Source of the DNA: Halanaerobium saccharolyticum subsp. saccharolyticum DSM 6643
Lineage (GTDB): Bacteria > Bacillota > Halanaerobiia > Halanaerobiales > Halanaerobiaceae
Direction of reading: 5' to 3'
NCBI RefSeq assembly: GCF_000350165.1
Contig: NZ_CAUI01000015.1
Location: 221,313-253,312 of the forward strand
Length of the DNA: 32,000 nt
Positions 19,629 through 28,794 of this stretch are shown in pieces; the stretch's first letter is position 1, and every line of letters starts with the position of its first letter. The position numbers were made by a program, and so were the translations under genes. Below the pieces are notes generated by a model. That model was given only the letters and a program-made list of their open reading frames with translations. It searched no databases and was not told where the DNA came from.

Positions 19629-21503
19629 TTAATTGTTATTGATTAATGCCTCTAATTCTTCAGGAGTTAATTCTTGAAATTCCTTTTGCTCCTGAGATTT
19701 ATTATCTTTAAGAGAATTCAAAATTTCTTCTCTTCGTTTATCTCTTTCTTCTAAATATTCTTGAAGTGCTTTATCACTATCTTGATCTTCATTCATTTCT
19801 TCTATCTCTTTTCCCTTTGGATTTCTATCTACAACCTTTGTTGTGTTATCCAAAGCTTTATCAATTAAGTGATTCTCTTGTTCTACAGTTTGATCATATT
19901 TTATAATTCTTGGAGTTACAAAGATAACTAGTTCATTAACATTTTCATTTTTATTTCTTGTTTTAAATAATTCACCTAGTATTGGAATATCTCCTAATAA
20001 AGGGATCTTGGTTATTACTCCATCATTAGTTGTCTGGATTAAACCTCCAATAACTATTGTTTCTCCATCTTTAAGTCTTAATCTTGTTTCAACTCTTCTA
20101 GATTTTTTAGATGGTGGTTTTTGTTCTTGAGGGTCAAAAATCTGGAAGCTACTTACTTCAGGAATAATCTGAAGTTCAATTTCATCATTTTCTGTTATCC
20201 AAGGAGTGAATTCTAAAATAACTCCTGCTTCTACATAATCATATGAATACTGCAATATGCCATCATCATTTCTTTCAATGTCAGTTACATAAGGTTCTTC
20301 ATCAAGAATATCCATAGAAGCAGTTTCTCCATTTAAAGTCATCAAACGGGGATTAGCTAAAGTTTCAGAATCCTCACTTTCATCTAAAGCTTTAAAAAAT
20401 TGTGGCCAGTCATAATCTAATTCAGTAATATCACCATCCAAGTCTTTTATAAACTCAATACTTGAAAAATCACTCAAATTTTCTATCCCAAATTGTCTAT
20501 TAAAGTTAGATGATATTTCCTCTACTCTAGTTTCAATAACTACCTGATATTGAGGTTTATTAATTTCTTTAATTAATTCTTCTACCCCATCTAATTTATT
20601 TCGGGCACCATTTATAATAATTTCTTTACGTTTAGCATTTACATGTAGTTTTACATTTGGATAAAACTTACCAACTATTTCATTTATTTGTTCTGTATCG
20701 ACATAATCAACTCGTATATTTCGAGTCTCCGGCTCCAAACTTTCATCATATGTTTTAGCCATTGAGATTGCATTTTCTACATCCACTTTATTACCACTTA
20801 TAATTAAATTATTTGTCAACGGATTAGATCTAATTGAAAGATCCGAATTAATATCAAGTAACTTATTTCTTAAATCTGCTAATTCAGCATTGAATAATTT
20901 ATAACTCTCTGTATAAATTTCTCCATCTTCAGATGTTGAAATTCCATCACCAGAAGTAATATATTCTCCTGCAGTTTTTTTCTGAGCAACGGCTGATGTA
21001 TCTAGTCTCTCAATCATTTCTCTAATTTCGACTACTCTTTCTTCTTCTCCCTTTAATATAAACTGTCTTCTGACAGAATCAGCTGTAATTTGAGTGTCAG
21101 GGAAAATATCCTTAACTATTACTGATATATTGTCCAGATCATTAGATTTAACTTCTACAAACTCAGTCACCATATTAGAATATATCTCTTCTATTCTATC
21201 AGGGGAAGCAACAACAACCGTGTTCTCATCCCACTTATAGGTTAATGACCTGGTCTGGGTAATTAAATCTAAAGCCTTATTAAAACTAATATCTTTTAAA
21301 TGAATTGTAATTGTTCCACTAACATTACTATCAGTAATTAAGTTAACATTTGCCACCTCAGCAATTGCACGTAAAACATCTGTTAAATCAGCATTTTTAA
21401 AATTCATATCATTAATTCTTCCCTGTGCTCCTACTGCTGCTGTAGCGGATAAAATAAAAACTAAAATTAAGATTAATGCAGTTATCTTTTTATTATCTCT
21501 CAT
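19629..21503 (-). CDS. pilQ: Type IV pilus secretin
   Basis: Signal peptide, then an STN/N0-like domain (FKNADLTDVLRAIAEVANVNLITD...ITIHLKDISFNKALDLI). Canonical C-terminal secretin domain (LANPRLMTLNGETA..., TRLRLKDGETIVIGGL, KIPLLGDIPILGELFK, ELVIFVTPRII). I prefer ATG at 21503 (GGAGGGG RBS, overlaps the pilP-like stop) over the track TTG at 21518. Confidence 0.85.
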   Translation of the reverse strand: MRDNKKITALILILVFILSATAAVGAQGRINDMNFKNADLTDVLRAIAEVANVNLITDSNVSGTITIHLKDISFNKALDLITQTRSLTYKWDENTVVVASPDRIEEIYSNMVTEFVEVKSNDLDNISVIVKDIFPDTQITADSVRRQFILKGEEERVVEIREMIERLDTSAVAQKKTAGEYITSGDGISTSEDGEIYTESYKLFNAELADLRNKLLDINSDLSIRSNPLTNNLIISGNKVDVENAISMAKTYDESLEPETRNIRVDYVDTEQINEIVGKFYPNVKLHVNAKRKEIIINGARNKLDGVEELIKEINKPQYQVVIETRVEEISSNFNRQFGIENLSDFSSIEFIKDLDGDITELDYDWPQFFKALDESEDSETLANPRLMTLNGETASMDILDEEPYVTDIERNDDGILQYSYDYVEAGVILEFTPWITENDEIELQIIPEVSSFQIFDPQEQKPPSKKSRRVETRLRLKDGETIVIGGLIQTTNDGVITKIPLLGDIPILGELFKTRNKNENVNELVIFVTPRIIKYDQTVEQENHLIDKALDNTTKVVDRNPKGKEIEEMNEDQDSDKALQEYLEERDKRREEILNSLKDNKSQEQKEFQELTPEELEALINNN

Positions 21504-21939
21504 TAATTTCCCCTCCAATCCTCAGCTGAAAAGTAAAACCTCGGTTTTTAACAGTTATACTATCCTGACTAATTGCTGATATTATATAATTATTTTTCTC
21601 ATATCTGCCTCTAATAAATTCTACTCCATCTCCAGAATTAACCACTGCTATTCTATCATTACCACTTGTTATAATTCCAGCTAATCTAAAGGGTATACCC
21701 ATTTTTATATCTTCAAAAGTAATTACTGGCTCTGTTCTCTGTCCAGTTTCATTATTAGCTATACTACCCTGAGCTGCATTGTTTGCTGCAGCTTCAGCTG
21801 GGTCTACATATTCTACAAATGGATTTCTAAATATTCTTTCCTCATTTTCTTCCGCATCTTCCTGTGCTATTACATTAAATGAGAAAATAAGTAGAAGTAA
21901 GATAGATGCTAATAAAATATATCTGTTATTTTTAAACAT
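21493..21939 (-). CDS. pilP: PilP-like inner-membrane/periplasmic pilus alignment protein
   Basis: From ATG 21939 (overlaps the pilO stop; GGAG upstream): MFKNNRYILLASILLLLIFSFNVIAQ signal/anchor. It has an RNPF motif (compare RDPF of PilP) and a C-terminal beta-rich domain. Its position between pilO and pilQ supports the call. No lipobox Cys. Confidence 0.55.
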   Translation of the reverse strand: MFKNNRYILLASILLLLIFSFNVIAQEDAEENEERIFRNPFVEYVDPAEAAANNAAQGSIANNETGQRTEPVITFEDIKMGIPFRLAGIITSGNDRIAVVNSGDGVEFIRGRYEKNNYIISAISQDSITVKNRGFTFQLRIGGEINER

Positions 21940-22483
21940 CAGTCTCAACTCCTTCCAAAGTAATAAGTTGATCATGATAAATAACACCCATATTGATAGT
22001 TACCCCATCGGCTGAATTTCTCTGGATATCCAAAGATGTAAATTCAAACCAGTAATTCCATTCTCCAAAATCCTCAAAAAGATTTGTAACTTCTCTAAAT
22101 CCACCATCTATGATAACAGTCATTGAAATTCCATCAGCTATTTGAGTTGGTCTATATAATCTGAGTTCAACATCATTATCTTTAGCTGCTTCTCTAAACT
22201 CAATTAATAAATCAATAACATCTTTATCTAAATAAACCCCTCTAGCTTCTAAATCAGCAATTAATAATTGATATTCTTCTTTTATCTCTGGCAATCTCCT
22301 AGCAAAACCAATTGCTGTCTCTAAACGAGCTGATTTTTGGCTTTTTTCTAGTTCTAAATTTGCTATTTCTTCTGTTAAAGGCTGATAGAAATAAAAATAA
22401 TATACAGCTCCAACTGCTATGATAATAACCAAAGTAAGCAGTATTTTTTCTCGATTGCTCAAATTACTAAACATACTACTCAC
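21932..22483 (-). CDS. pilO: PilO-like pilus assembly protein
   Basis: 183 aa with a single N-terminal TM, then a coiled coil (EEIANLELEKSQKSARLE). Translationally coupled after pilN. Confidence 0.68.
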   Translation of the reverse strand: MSSMFSNLSNREKILLTLVIIIAVGAVYYFYFYQPLTEEIANLELEKSQKSARLETAIGFARRLPEIKEEYQLLIADLEARGVYLDKDVIDLLIEFREAAKDNDVELRLYRPTQIADGISMTVIIDGGFREVTNLFEDFGEWNYWFEFTSLDIQRNSADGVTINMGVIYHDQLITLEGVETDV

Positions 22484-22985
22484 TCTCCTTTTCTACTAAT
22501 TCTGCAGTTATTGTAAAACGAACTTCTTCTTGTTTTTCCATTGTCTGCAGGTTAACATTAGTAAAATATTCTGATTCACTTAAATTGATAGTTAATTCTC
22601 TTAATTCCTCAGCTATTTTAGTTCTACCCCTGATATTTAAAGATCTGTTTTGTAGTGAAAAATTGTCAATTACTCCCCGCAAGGGTGTTAAAAAGCCCAT
22701 TGCTTCAACTGGACCATCCCAGACATAATCTGGTATCCCGGGAGTACTTTTAATTTCTTCCACCATAGCTTCATATCTTTTATACTCTTCTTCTCGAGGT
22801 AAATAAATTTCTAATTGATTTTCAATATTTCTAATCTCACTCTGTAATACATCTCTGTCAATAATAAGACTAAACTGTAAATATCCAATTATCACAAATG
22901 TTAATAAAACAGCTAAAGTAATTATAACTCTTAAATAATCAAAAATAACTCCCTGTTTTTCTTCTACAAGTAGATTAACTCTCAT
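22476..22985 (-). CDS. pilN: PilN-like pilus assembly protein
   Basis: 169 aa with N-terminal MRVNLL (the PilM-binding INLLP-like motif), one TM and a coiled coil. Overlaps the pilM stop. Confidence 0.7.
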   Translation of the reverse strand: MRVNLLVEEKQGVIFDYLRVIITLAVLLTFVIIGYLQFSLIIDRDVLQSEIRNIENQLEIYLPREEEYKRYEAMVEEIKSTPGIPDYVWDGPVEAMGFLTPLRGVIDNFSLQNRSLNIRGRTKIAEELRELTINLSESEYFTNVNLQTMEKQEEVRFTITAELVEKESE

Positions 22986-24075
22986 CAGACATCACCTCAC
23001 TAACACCAAGACCAACAGCAACAGCAAATTCGTATTTATAATGTTCCATCATTTTTTCTTTTTCACTGTCTACCTTTGTCTTAATGTTTTTAAAGGGATC
23101 AATTATAATTAATTCTCTGCTTATTTCTTCACTGATTATCTTTTGCAAACCTTGAAGACGAGAAGCACCACCAGTAACGAATATTTTTTCTACTTCCTCA
23201 TCTCGATGTTTCATATTAAAGAAATCCAAAGATCTAGTAATCTCAGCAGAAAGTCTGGAAGCTAAATTTCTTAAATTGGCATTATCTTCACCATTTGTTT
23301 CCATACCAATAGGCATTGAACTCAAAGCATCTTCCTCAGTTTCTTGTTCAGCTTCTAACCCTAAATTAAGTTCTTTTTTCTCTTCTTCAGCAGATTGAAA
23401 ATCAATGTTTTTAAGATCCATAATTGAATTAGTAAAACTTGTACCCCCAGTATCAATAGTTCTAGATAACATAATATCTCTCTTATTAGCTATTGTTATC
23501 TGAGTAGCAGAAGCACCAATATCAATAATAGCAATATTGCTGTCAGCCTGTCCTTGATAATCAAGTAAGGAGACTAAAGCCATTGGCTGAACATTAATTA
23601 CTTTAGGTTTAAGATTTAAGCGTTCAAAAGGATGCAAAAAGTTATCCACTACATTCTTTTTCACTGCTGCTACAATGTATTTTATTACTTCTTCATTTTC
23701 TTCGACCTTTAAATAATCTAAAGCAGCATTGTCTACTGGATAAGGAAGTTGTTCATCTGCTTCCCATTTTAAAGACTCTCTAATTTCTTTTTGCTTCATA
23801 TTGGGCATTTCAATATTTCTAATTAATAAATTATCATTTGGTACTGTTGTAATAATATTTTTTGTACTATTCTCTAAAGATTGAAGCAAATTATGAAGTT
23901 CAGAAGAAACTAAAGAATCATCAGCAATTAAACCATCAATAATAGTTTCAAAAGGAAGCTTTTGGATTCCAAAATCAACTATAGTAAACTCATTTCCCTT
24001 AACTTTAAACTGAACAGCTTTGATTGCATTTGTACCAAGCTCAATACAGGTGTAATTTTTTGCCATAAAAAACAT
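22975..24075 (-). CDS. pilM: PilM, actin-like ATPase of the pilus alignment complex
   Basis: 366 aa with CIELGTNAIKAV, IIDIGASATQITI and FVTGGASRLQGL (actin/FtsA fold phosphate motifs). Confidence 0.85.
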   Translation of the reverse strand: MFFMAKNYTCIELGTNAIKAVQFKVKGNEFTIVDFGIQKLPFETIIDGLIADDSLVSSELHNLLQSLENSTKNIITTVPNDNLLIRNIEMPNMKQKEIRESLKWEADEQLPYPVDNAALDYLKVEENEEVIKYIVAAVKKNVVDNFLHPFERLNLKPKVINVQPMALVSLLDYQGQADSNIAIIDIGASATQITIANKRDIMLSRTIDTGGTSFTNSIMDLKNIDFQSAEEEKKELNLGLEAEQETEEDALSSMPIGMETNGEDNANLRNLASRLSAEITRSLDFFNMKHRDEEVEKIFVTGGASRLQGLQKIISEEISRELIIIDPFKNIKTKVDSEKEKMMEHYKYEFAVAVGLGVSEVMSDES

Positions 24076-24098
24076 ATTACCACCCCACTTCTTAATAA

Positions 24099-25268
24099 TT
24101 AATTTTCACTCCATGAAATCATTTCATCAACACTAAATTTATTTTGGTTTGAATTCAATGGAGAATCAATACCCCATTTTTTAAGAACTTCTAGAAATTC
24201 AGGATCATAATTAATATTTCCGTCATTTGCAGATGAATTATTGAGAGTCAAATTACCGCCAGATATAAGTGAGCCAGTAATATCAAATTTATTACCAAAA
24301 AGTGTATCACTATAGGAATAAATTAAACCCTGCATGATAATCGAATTATCACCTTCAAGAGATTCTTCTCCTTCAACTAAAACTCCCTCATTATCAATAT
24401 TACCTTTAGCAATTATTATCAGATAATCATCTTCATAACCGGCTTCTTGATTGATTAATATATTAGTTCCTATTGATAATTTACCATCAACTACAATAAC
24501 ACCACTACCATTTAAATTTTTAATCTGTTTATCAATATTTAAATTACCTTGGATATAAGTAAACTGTTCTGCTATTTGATCAATACTTTCGACATTAATA
24601 TAATCAACTAAATTAACATATTCTACTGTTTCATTGGCATTAAGTAAAACTTTATTGTCAGCTTGATTTTTTAATTCTTCAAAATCAAACTCTGGAATAA
24701 CAAATTCTGAATCAGTTATAACATCTACTGTATCACCCTGTTCATCAATGATTTCTCCATTTATGCCATCTCTAGAAATAATTTTACCACTAGACAGAAT
24801 TTGGTTGTTATTAACATCAATCAAGCCTCCAGAAGCAATGGTACTATCAAAAATACTATTATAAATAGAATAGGCTGCAGTCACTGTTTCAGATACACCA
24901 TTATTAGAGGCAGTAGCTCTGAATTCAACAATATTATAACTATCTTTAAATTCCCATTCTAATTTTTCTACATTAGCTCCATCTAAATATGAATTAATTT
25001 CTGAAAATGATGTTAATTTATATTTAGGATTAACTTCTTGATCAGGGTTTAAGCGGCTTCTTTTATTATCCTTATCAAAAACTTCAGTTCCATATGCTAT
25101 TGCGGCTTCGGCAGCATAAAAAGCTTTTCTTTGATTACTATTATAACTGTAAAAATCCAATTCACTCTGCAGCATTCTAGTCATACTGGCAACCATTAAT
25201 AAAATTGCTACTAAAATGAACATTGAAAGTACTAGTGTAAATCCTTTTTCATCTCTTGCTTTAATCAA
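24099..25268 (-). CDS. PilX-N/GspK-like large pseudopilin (no Glu5), module 1
   Basis: TTG start with RBS GGAAGGTGAG. MIKARDEKG|FTLVLSMFILVAILLMVA (Leu at +5), KAFYAAEAAIAYG, and C-terminal GLIYSYSDTLFGNKFDITGSLISGGNLTL...INYDPEF motif. Confidence 0.65.
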   Translation of the reverse strand: MIKARDEKGFTLVLSMFILVAILLMVASMTRMLQSELDFYSYNSNQRKAFYAAEAAIAYGTEVFDKDNKRSRLNPDQEVNPKYKLTSFSEINSYLDGANVEKLEWEFKDSYNIVEFRATASNNGVSETVTAAYSIYNSIFDSTIASGGLIDVNNNQILSSGKIISRDGINGEIIDEQGDTVDVITDSEFVIPEFDFEELKNQADNKVLLNANETVEYVNLVDYINVESIDQIAEQFTYIQGNLNIDKQIKNLNGSGVIVVDGKLSIGTNILINQEAGYEDDYLIIIAKGNIDNEGVLVEGEESLEGDNSIIMQGLIYSYSDTLFGNKFDITGSLISGGNLTLNNSSANDGNINYDPEFLEVLKKWGIDSPLNSNQNKFSVDEMISWSEN

Positions 25269-25295
25269 AAATAACTCACCTTCCTTAAGGATTTG

Positions 25296-25793
25296 TTATT
25301 TTAACAAGCGTGTATTAAAATAACTATTAAATTGATAGTTGTTAGTGGTTTCTTGATTGATTATATTTGCAGTTATTTGAATAAGACCATTACTAAAACT
25401 AAAATTAGGATCAGTAAATTTTAAATCTGTAATTTTCCTCTGCTTGCTATTAGTTAGATCATAAAAATATAAATAATCATCTGTATTACTTCCTCGGCCA
25501 AAGGCAACAGCTTTAGTAGTACCAGCATCATTATACTCTAAATACAATATATCCTGATCACTAGTTAAAGAGCTATTATTATAATTTGGATTAACAGCGG
25601 TTGCTTTTCTTGCATACTGGCTGATCCATCTATGGGTTAAATCCTGAACTCTCTGAACTTCCATCCGACTTTTATTATAATTCCAGGCCTGAAGACTGCT
25701 AAAATATGCATTATAAACAGCTGCCGCTATCACAGCAACAATAGCTACTGTAATCATTACCTCAATTAAAGTAAATCCTTTTTCAGTTTTCAT
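25296..25793 (-). CDS. Type IV prepilin-like protein (minor pilin, module 1)
   Basis: MKTEKG|FTLIEVMITVAIVAVIAAAVY with Glu5. Confidence 0.8.
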   Translation of the reverse strand: MKTEKGFTLIEVMITVAIVAVIAAAVYNAYFSSLQAWNYNKSRMEVQRVQDLTHRWISQYARKATAVNPNYNNSSLTSDQDILYLEYNDAGTTKAVAFGRGSNTDDYLYFYDLTNSKQRKITDLKFTDPNFSFSNGLIQITANIINQETTNNYQFNSYFNTRLLK

Positions 25794-26216
25794 TTAACCA
25801 CCATCCCTAACAAGAGATGTTAATTGATAATTTTTTTTGTCATTATCCCAGTAAACTGTTGCAGTAATTTTTTTATTATTTCCAATTCCTGAATCAAATA
25901 TTACATCTATATCATAATCATCAGTGAATTTATCATATGAATTGATTATTTCATTTTCAATATCACTAGTATTTGTTGAAAATTTATTAACCTGTGTACT
26001 GAGACTTAGAGCTTCATTTTGAGAAGTCATTTTAAAATATTCCATTGTATCTACTGCCATGTCCATAGCCTGTGATCTTATTTCAGTCTGATGAACTAAA
26101 TTTATGCTGTTTGTAAAATATCCTAAAGCAGGAAAAATTGCAATTGTTAAAATTACTATACTGGACATAGTCTCAACTAAACTATAACCATCAGATTTTT
26201 TAAAAAAAGAAAACAT
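25794..26216 (-). CDS. Type IV prepilin-like protein (minor pilin, PilV-like, module 1)
   Basis: MFSFFKKSDG|YSLVETMSSIVILTIAIF with Glu5. Confidence 0.7.
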   Translation of the reverse strand: MFSFFKKSDGYSLVETMSSIVILTIAIFPALGYFTNSINLVHQTEIRSQAMDMAVDTMEYFKMTSQNEALSLSTQVNKFSTNTSDIENEIINSYDKFTDDYDIDVIFDSGIGNNKKITATVYWDNDKKNYQLTSLVRDGG

Positions 26217-26234
26217 AAATTATTACCCTACTTC

Positions 26235-26984
26235 CTATAAAAATAAATTTATATACCAATTAAAAAGTGTATCTCCAAAAAAGATCATAACTACTGCCCC
26301 AATACAGATAAATGGACCAAAAGGAATTCTAGTCTTTCTTCCTATAATACCTAATCCCATCAATGAAAGACCTATAATAGAACCAAGTAAGGAACCAAGA
26401 AAGATTCCGGCTAAAGTATAGCTCCAACCCATAAATCCTCCTATTGCAGCAACCAGTTTAACATCACCCATCCCCATGCCACCTTTAAAGATAAAGGCTA
26501 CAATTAAAAGTAATAAAGATGGAATAACAATTCCTAATAATGATTGAAAAATAGTAAGATAATCAAATATAATAGCAGATAATACAGAAATCACTATTAA
26601 AGGATATGTTATTTTATTCGGAATAATCATATATTTATAATCAATAACAGTAACAGCAATTAAAGCAGAGATTAATAACAAATAAATGAATAACTGAATA
26701 GATATACCAAATTTTAGATAAGCAGCTAAAAATAAAAAACCAGTCAAAAGTTCTACTAAAGGATACTGAATTGATATTTTTGTGTTACAGTAGCGACACT
26801 TACCTCTTGTTGACAAGAAACTTAAGACTGGTATTAAATCAATAACTTTTAATCTTGTTCCACATTTAGGACAGTGAGAAGGTGGAGTAATGATTGATTT
26901 TTCTTCTGGTAGTCTGTAAATTATTACATTTAAGAAACTACCTATTAAAAGTCCTAAGATTAAAAAATATAAAAAAAATATCAT
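26235..26984 (-). CDS. pilD: Prepilin peptidase / N-methyltransferase (A24 family)
   Basis: 249-aa polytopic membrane protein with CPKCG...CRYCN zinc motif. Catalytic Asp motifs are in GMGMGDVKL and IPFGPF. Confidence 0.92.
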   Translation of the reverse strand: MIFFLYFLILGLLIGSFLNVIIYRLPEEKSIITPPSHCPKCGTRLKVIDLIPVLSFLSTRGKCRYCNTKISIQYPLVELLTGFLFLAAYLKFGISIQLFIYLLLISALIAVTVIDYKYMIIPNKITYPLIVISVLSAIIFDYLTIFQSLLGIVIPSLLLLIVAFIFKGGMGMGDVKLVAAIGGFMGWSYTLAGIFLGSLLGSIIGLSLMGLGIIGRKTRIPFGPFICIGAVVMIFFGDTLFNWYINLFL

Positions 26985-27013
26985 TTATAATAACTCCTTA
27001 ATAAATGAATTTA

Positions 27014-27047
27014 ATATAGAAGGAAGAAATATTTCTTCCTTCTATAT
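27014..27047 (-). terminator. Perfect 34-nt palindrome downstream of pilA (partial terminator or stabiliser)
   Basis: ATATAGAAGGAAGAAAT|ATTTCTTCCTTCTATAT lies 26 nt after the pilA stop. The downstream U-tract is imperfect (UUAAAUUCAUUUAUU), so read-through into pilD is expected. Confidence 0.45.
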
Positions 27048-27072
27048 TAACTATTTGTATTACCCATAAAAA

Positions 27073-27489
27073 TTAAGGTGATGCTATTAAACCAGATGAA
27101 ATAGTAAATACTTCAGCAGGGTCAGTATCAGCCACAGTCACAGAAATTTCATAACTACTTGTACTTATATCATAACTAGTACTACTTGTATCAAGATATT
27201 GAGACAGATCAGCATAATCCATTTCTATATATTTTTCTAAATCTCCAATTAAACTTTCTAAGTCACTACTAGTAGGATATTCAGCATCATTATCAGCATA
27301 ATACATTTCTAAACCATTTTTAACATTTCTCATATTAGCCTCTACAGCAGATATTTTAGCTCTATCAGTAATCCCCCCCATTCTTGGAATAGCAATCGCA
27401 GCTAAGATACCCAACACAGCAATAACAACTAATAACTCAATTAAAGTAAAACCATCCTCATGTTTAAATAGATTTCTAATTTTTTGCAT
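27073..27489 (-). CDS. pilA: Major type IV pilin
   Basis: MQKIRNLFKHEDG|FTLIELLVVIAVLGILAAIAIP, the canonical class III signal and Glu5. 138 aa with its own strong promoter, strong RBS (AAAGGAGAG) and a downstream hairpin. No cysteines. Confidence 0.85.
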   Translation of the reverse strand: MQKIRNLFKHEDGFTLIELLVVIAVLGILAAIAIPRMGGITDRAKISAVEANMRNVKNGLEMYYADNDAEYPTSSDLESLIGDLEKYIEMDYADLSQYLDTSSTSYDISTSSYEISVTVADTDPAEVFTISSGLIASP

Positions 27490-27526
27490 TTTTATTCTCT
27501 CCTTTCAAATTTTAAAACTTTAACTA

Positions 27527-27555
27527 ATTATACCATATCTTTTATATTCTGTCGA
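27527..27555 (-). promoter_or_regulatory. Strong sigma-A promoter with extended -10 for pilA
   Basis: Minus strand TCGACA-17 nt-TATAAT, with TGG immediately upstream of the -10 (TGnTATAAT). Lies in the pilC-pilA intergenic region. Confidence 0.55.
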
Positions 27556-27568
27556 TATAGTACTTTAC

Positions 27569-28780
27569 TTAAAATTGTTGGAACATATCGAACATTGGAG
27601 TTACAATTGAAATCGCAACAAAACCTACCATTACAGCAAGTAAAACAATCATAACCGGTTCAATCAGAGAAATTGCACCGTCAACTGCTGCCTCAACCTG
27701 TCTGTCATAAAATCTAGACACCTTGTTTAACATATCACCTACTGCTCCAGTTTCCTCACCTACACTCAGCATATGCACTAACATCGGTGGATATTCTCCA
27801 CTTTCTTTAAGAGGTTCAGAAAGTGTACTACCTTCTCTTACTCTTACCCTTGCCTCTGTTAAAATATCAGAAAAAACCTTGTTGCCAACAACATCCTCAA
27901 CAATAGATAATGACGAAAGTAAATCAACTCCACTATCAAGCAAAATAGCCAGAGTACTGGAAAAACGAGAGACATAAACCTTTCTCATCATCGGACCTAA
28001 AACAGGTATTTTTAGTATCAGCCGATCCATCCTCTCCTTTCCTTTAGGAGTTTTGCGATATCTTGAAAAAAGGAAAATAATAATTACAGTACCCAATAAC
28101 AGCATCCACCAGTACGCCTGCATAAAAGTACTTAATCCCAACAACATCCTTGTAGGTAATGGTAATTGAGTTCCAAAATCCTGAAACATACCTACAAATT
28201 GTGGTACAACTTGTAAAACTAAGAAAATAACTACTGCTATACCAACCATTAAAATTACCAGCGGATAGTACATAGCAGATTTAACCATGCTGTTAAGTTC
28301 ATCCTGGCGGTCAAAGTGATCTGCCAACTTATTTAAAATGGTATCCAGCACACCACCACTCTCACCAGCCCTAACCAGCTGTATATATAATTCTGGAAAT
28401 ACCTTTGGATGTTTAGCAAAGGCATCAGCCAGAGAAATACCAGTTTCCACATCTTCCTGTACCTTAGTAATAACATCTTTTAGAGTTGAATGCTCAGTCT
28501 GTTTAGCCAGAATAAATAGAGCATCAACTAAAGAAATACCAGCATCAATCATAGCAGCAAACTGCTGACTGAAAATTGCAAGATCTTTTAGTTTAACTTT
28601 TTTTCTAAAATTAAAAATTTCTTTTACATCGCGGGCAGCCCTTTTTTCTTTGATTTCAGTAACAAAATAACCCTGAGACCTAAGCTGGCTGGCAATTGAA
28701 GATTTATCTTCTGCCTCAATTTCCCCCTTGACAGTTTCTCCGTTTTTGTTTTTTGCTGTATATTCAAACTGTGTGGCCAT
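27569..28780 (-). CDS. pilC: Type IV pilus platform protein (GspF family)
   Basis: 403 aa with two GspF repeats and three TM segments. RBS GAGGAGG. Confidence 0.92.
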   Translation of the reverse strand: MATQFEYTAKNKNGETVKGEIEAEDKSSIASQLRSQGYFVTEIKEKRAARDVKEIFNFRKKVKLKDLAIFSQQFAAMIDAGISLVDALFILAKQTEHSTLKDVITKVQEDVETGISLADAFAKHPKVFPELYIQLVRAGESGGVLDTILNKLADHFDRQDELNSMVKSAMYYPLVILMVGIAVVIFLVLQVVPQFVGMFQDFGTQLPLPTRMLLGLSTFMQAYWWMLLLGTVIIIFLFSRYRKTPKGKERMDRLILKIPVLGPMMRKVYVSRFSSTLAILLDSGVDLLSSLSIVEDVVGNKVFSDILTEARVRVREGSTLSEPLKESGEYPPMLVHMLSVGEETGAVGDMLNKVSRFYDRQVEAAVDGAISLIEPVMIVLLAVMVGFVAISIVTPMFDMFQQF

Positions 28781-28794
28781 CTAGCTCAACCTCC

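Noticed and set aside
14205-21987. Longer N-terminal extensions given by the ORF track: LuxR gene at 14205, prepilins at 15982 and 18215, pilQ at 21518, pilP-like at 21987.
   Set aside because: Internal starts have proper RBSs, avoid long overlaps with upstream genes, and give normal signal or prepilin leader lengths. The extensions start at weak codons without an RBS.
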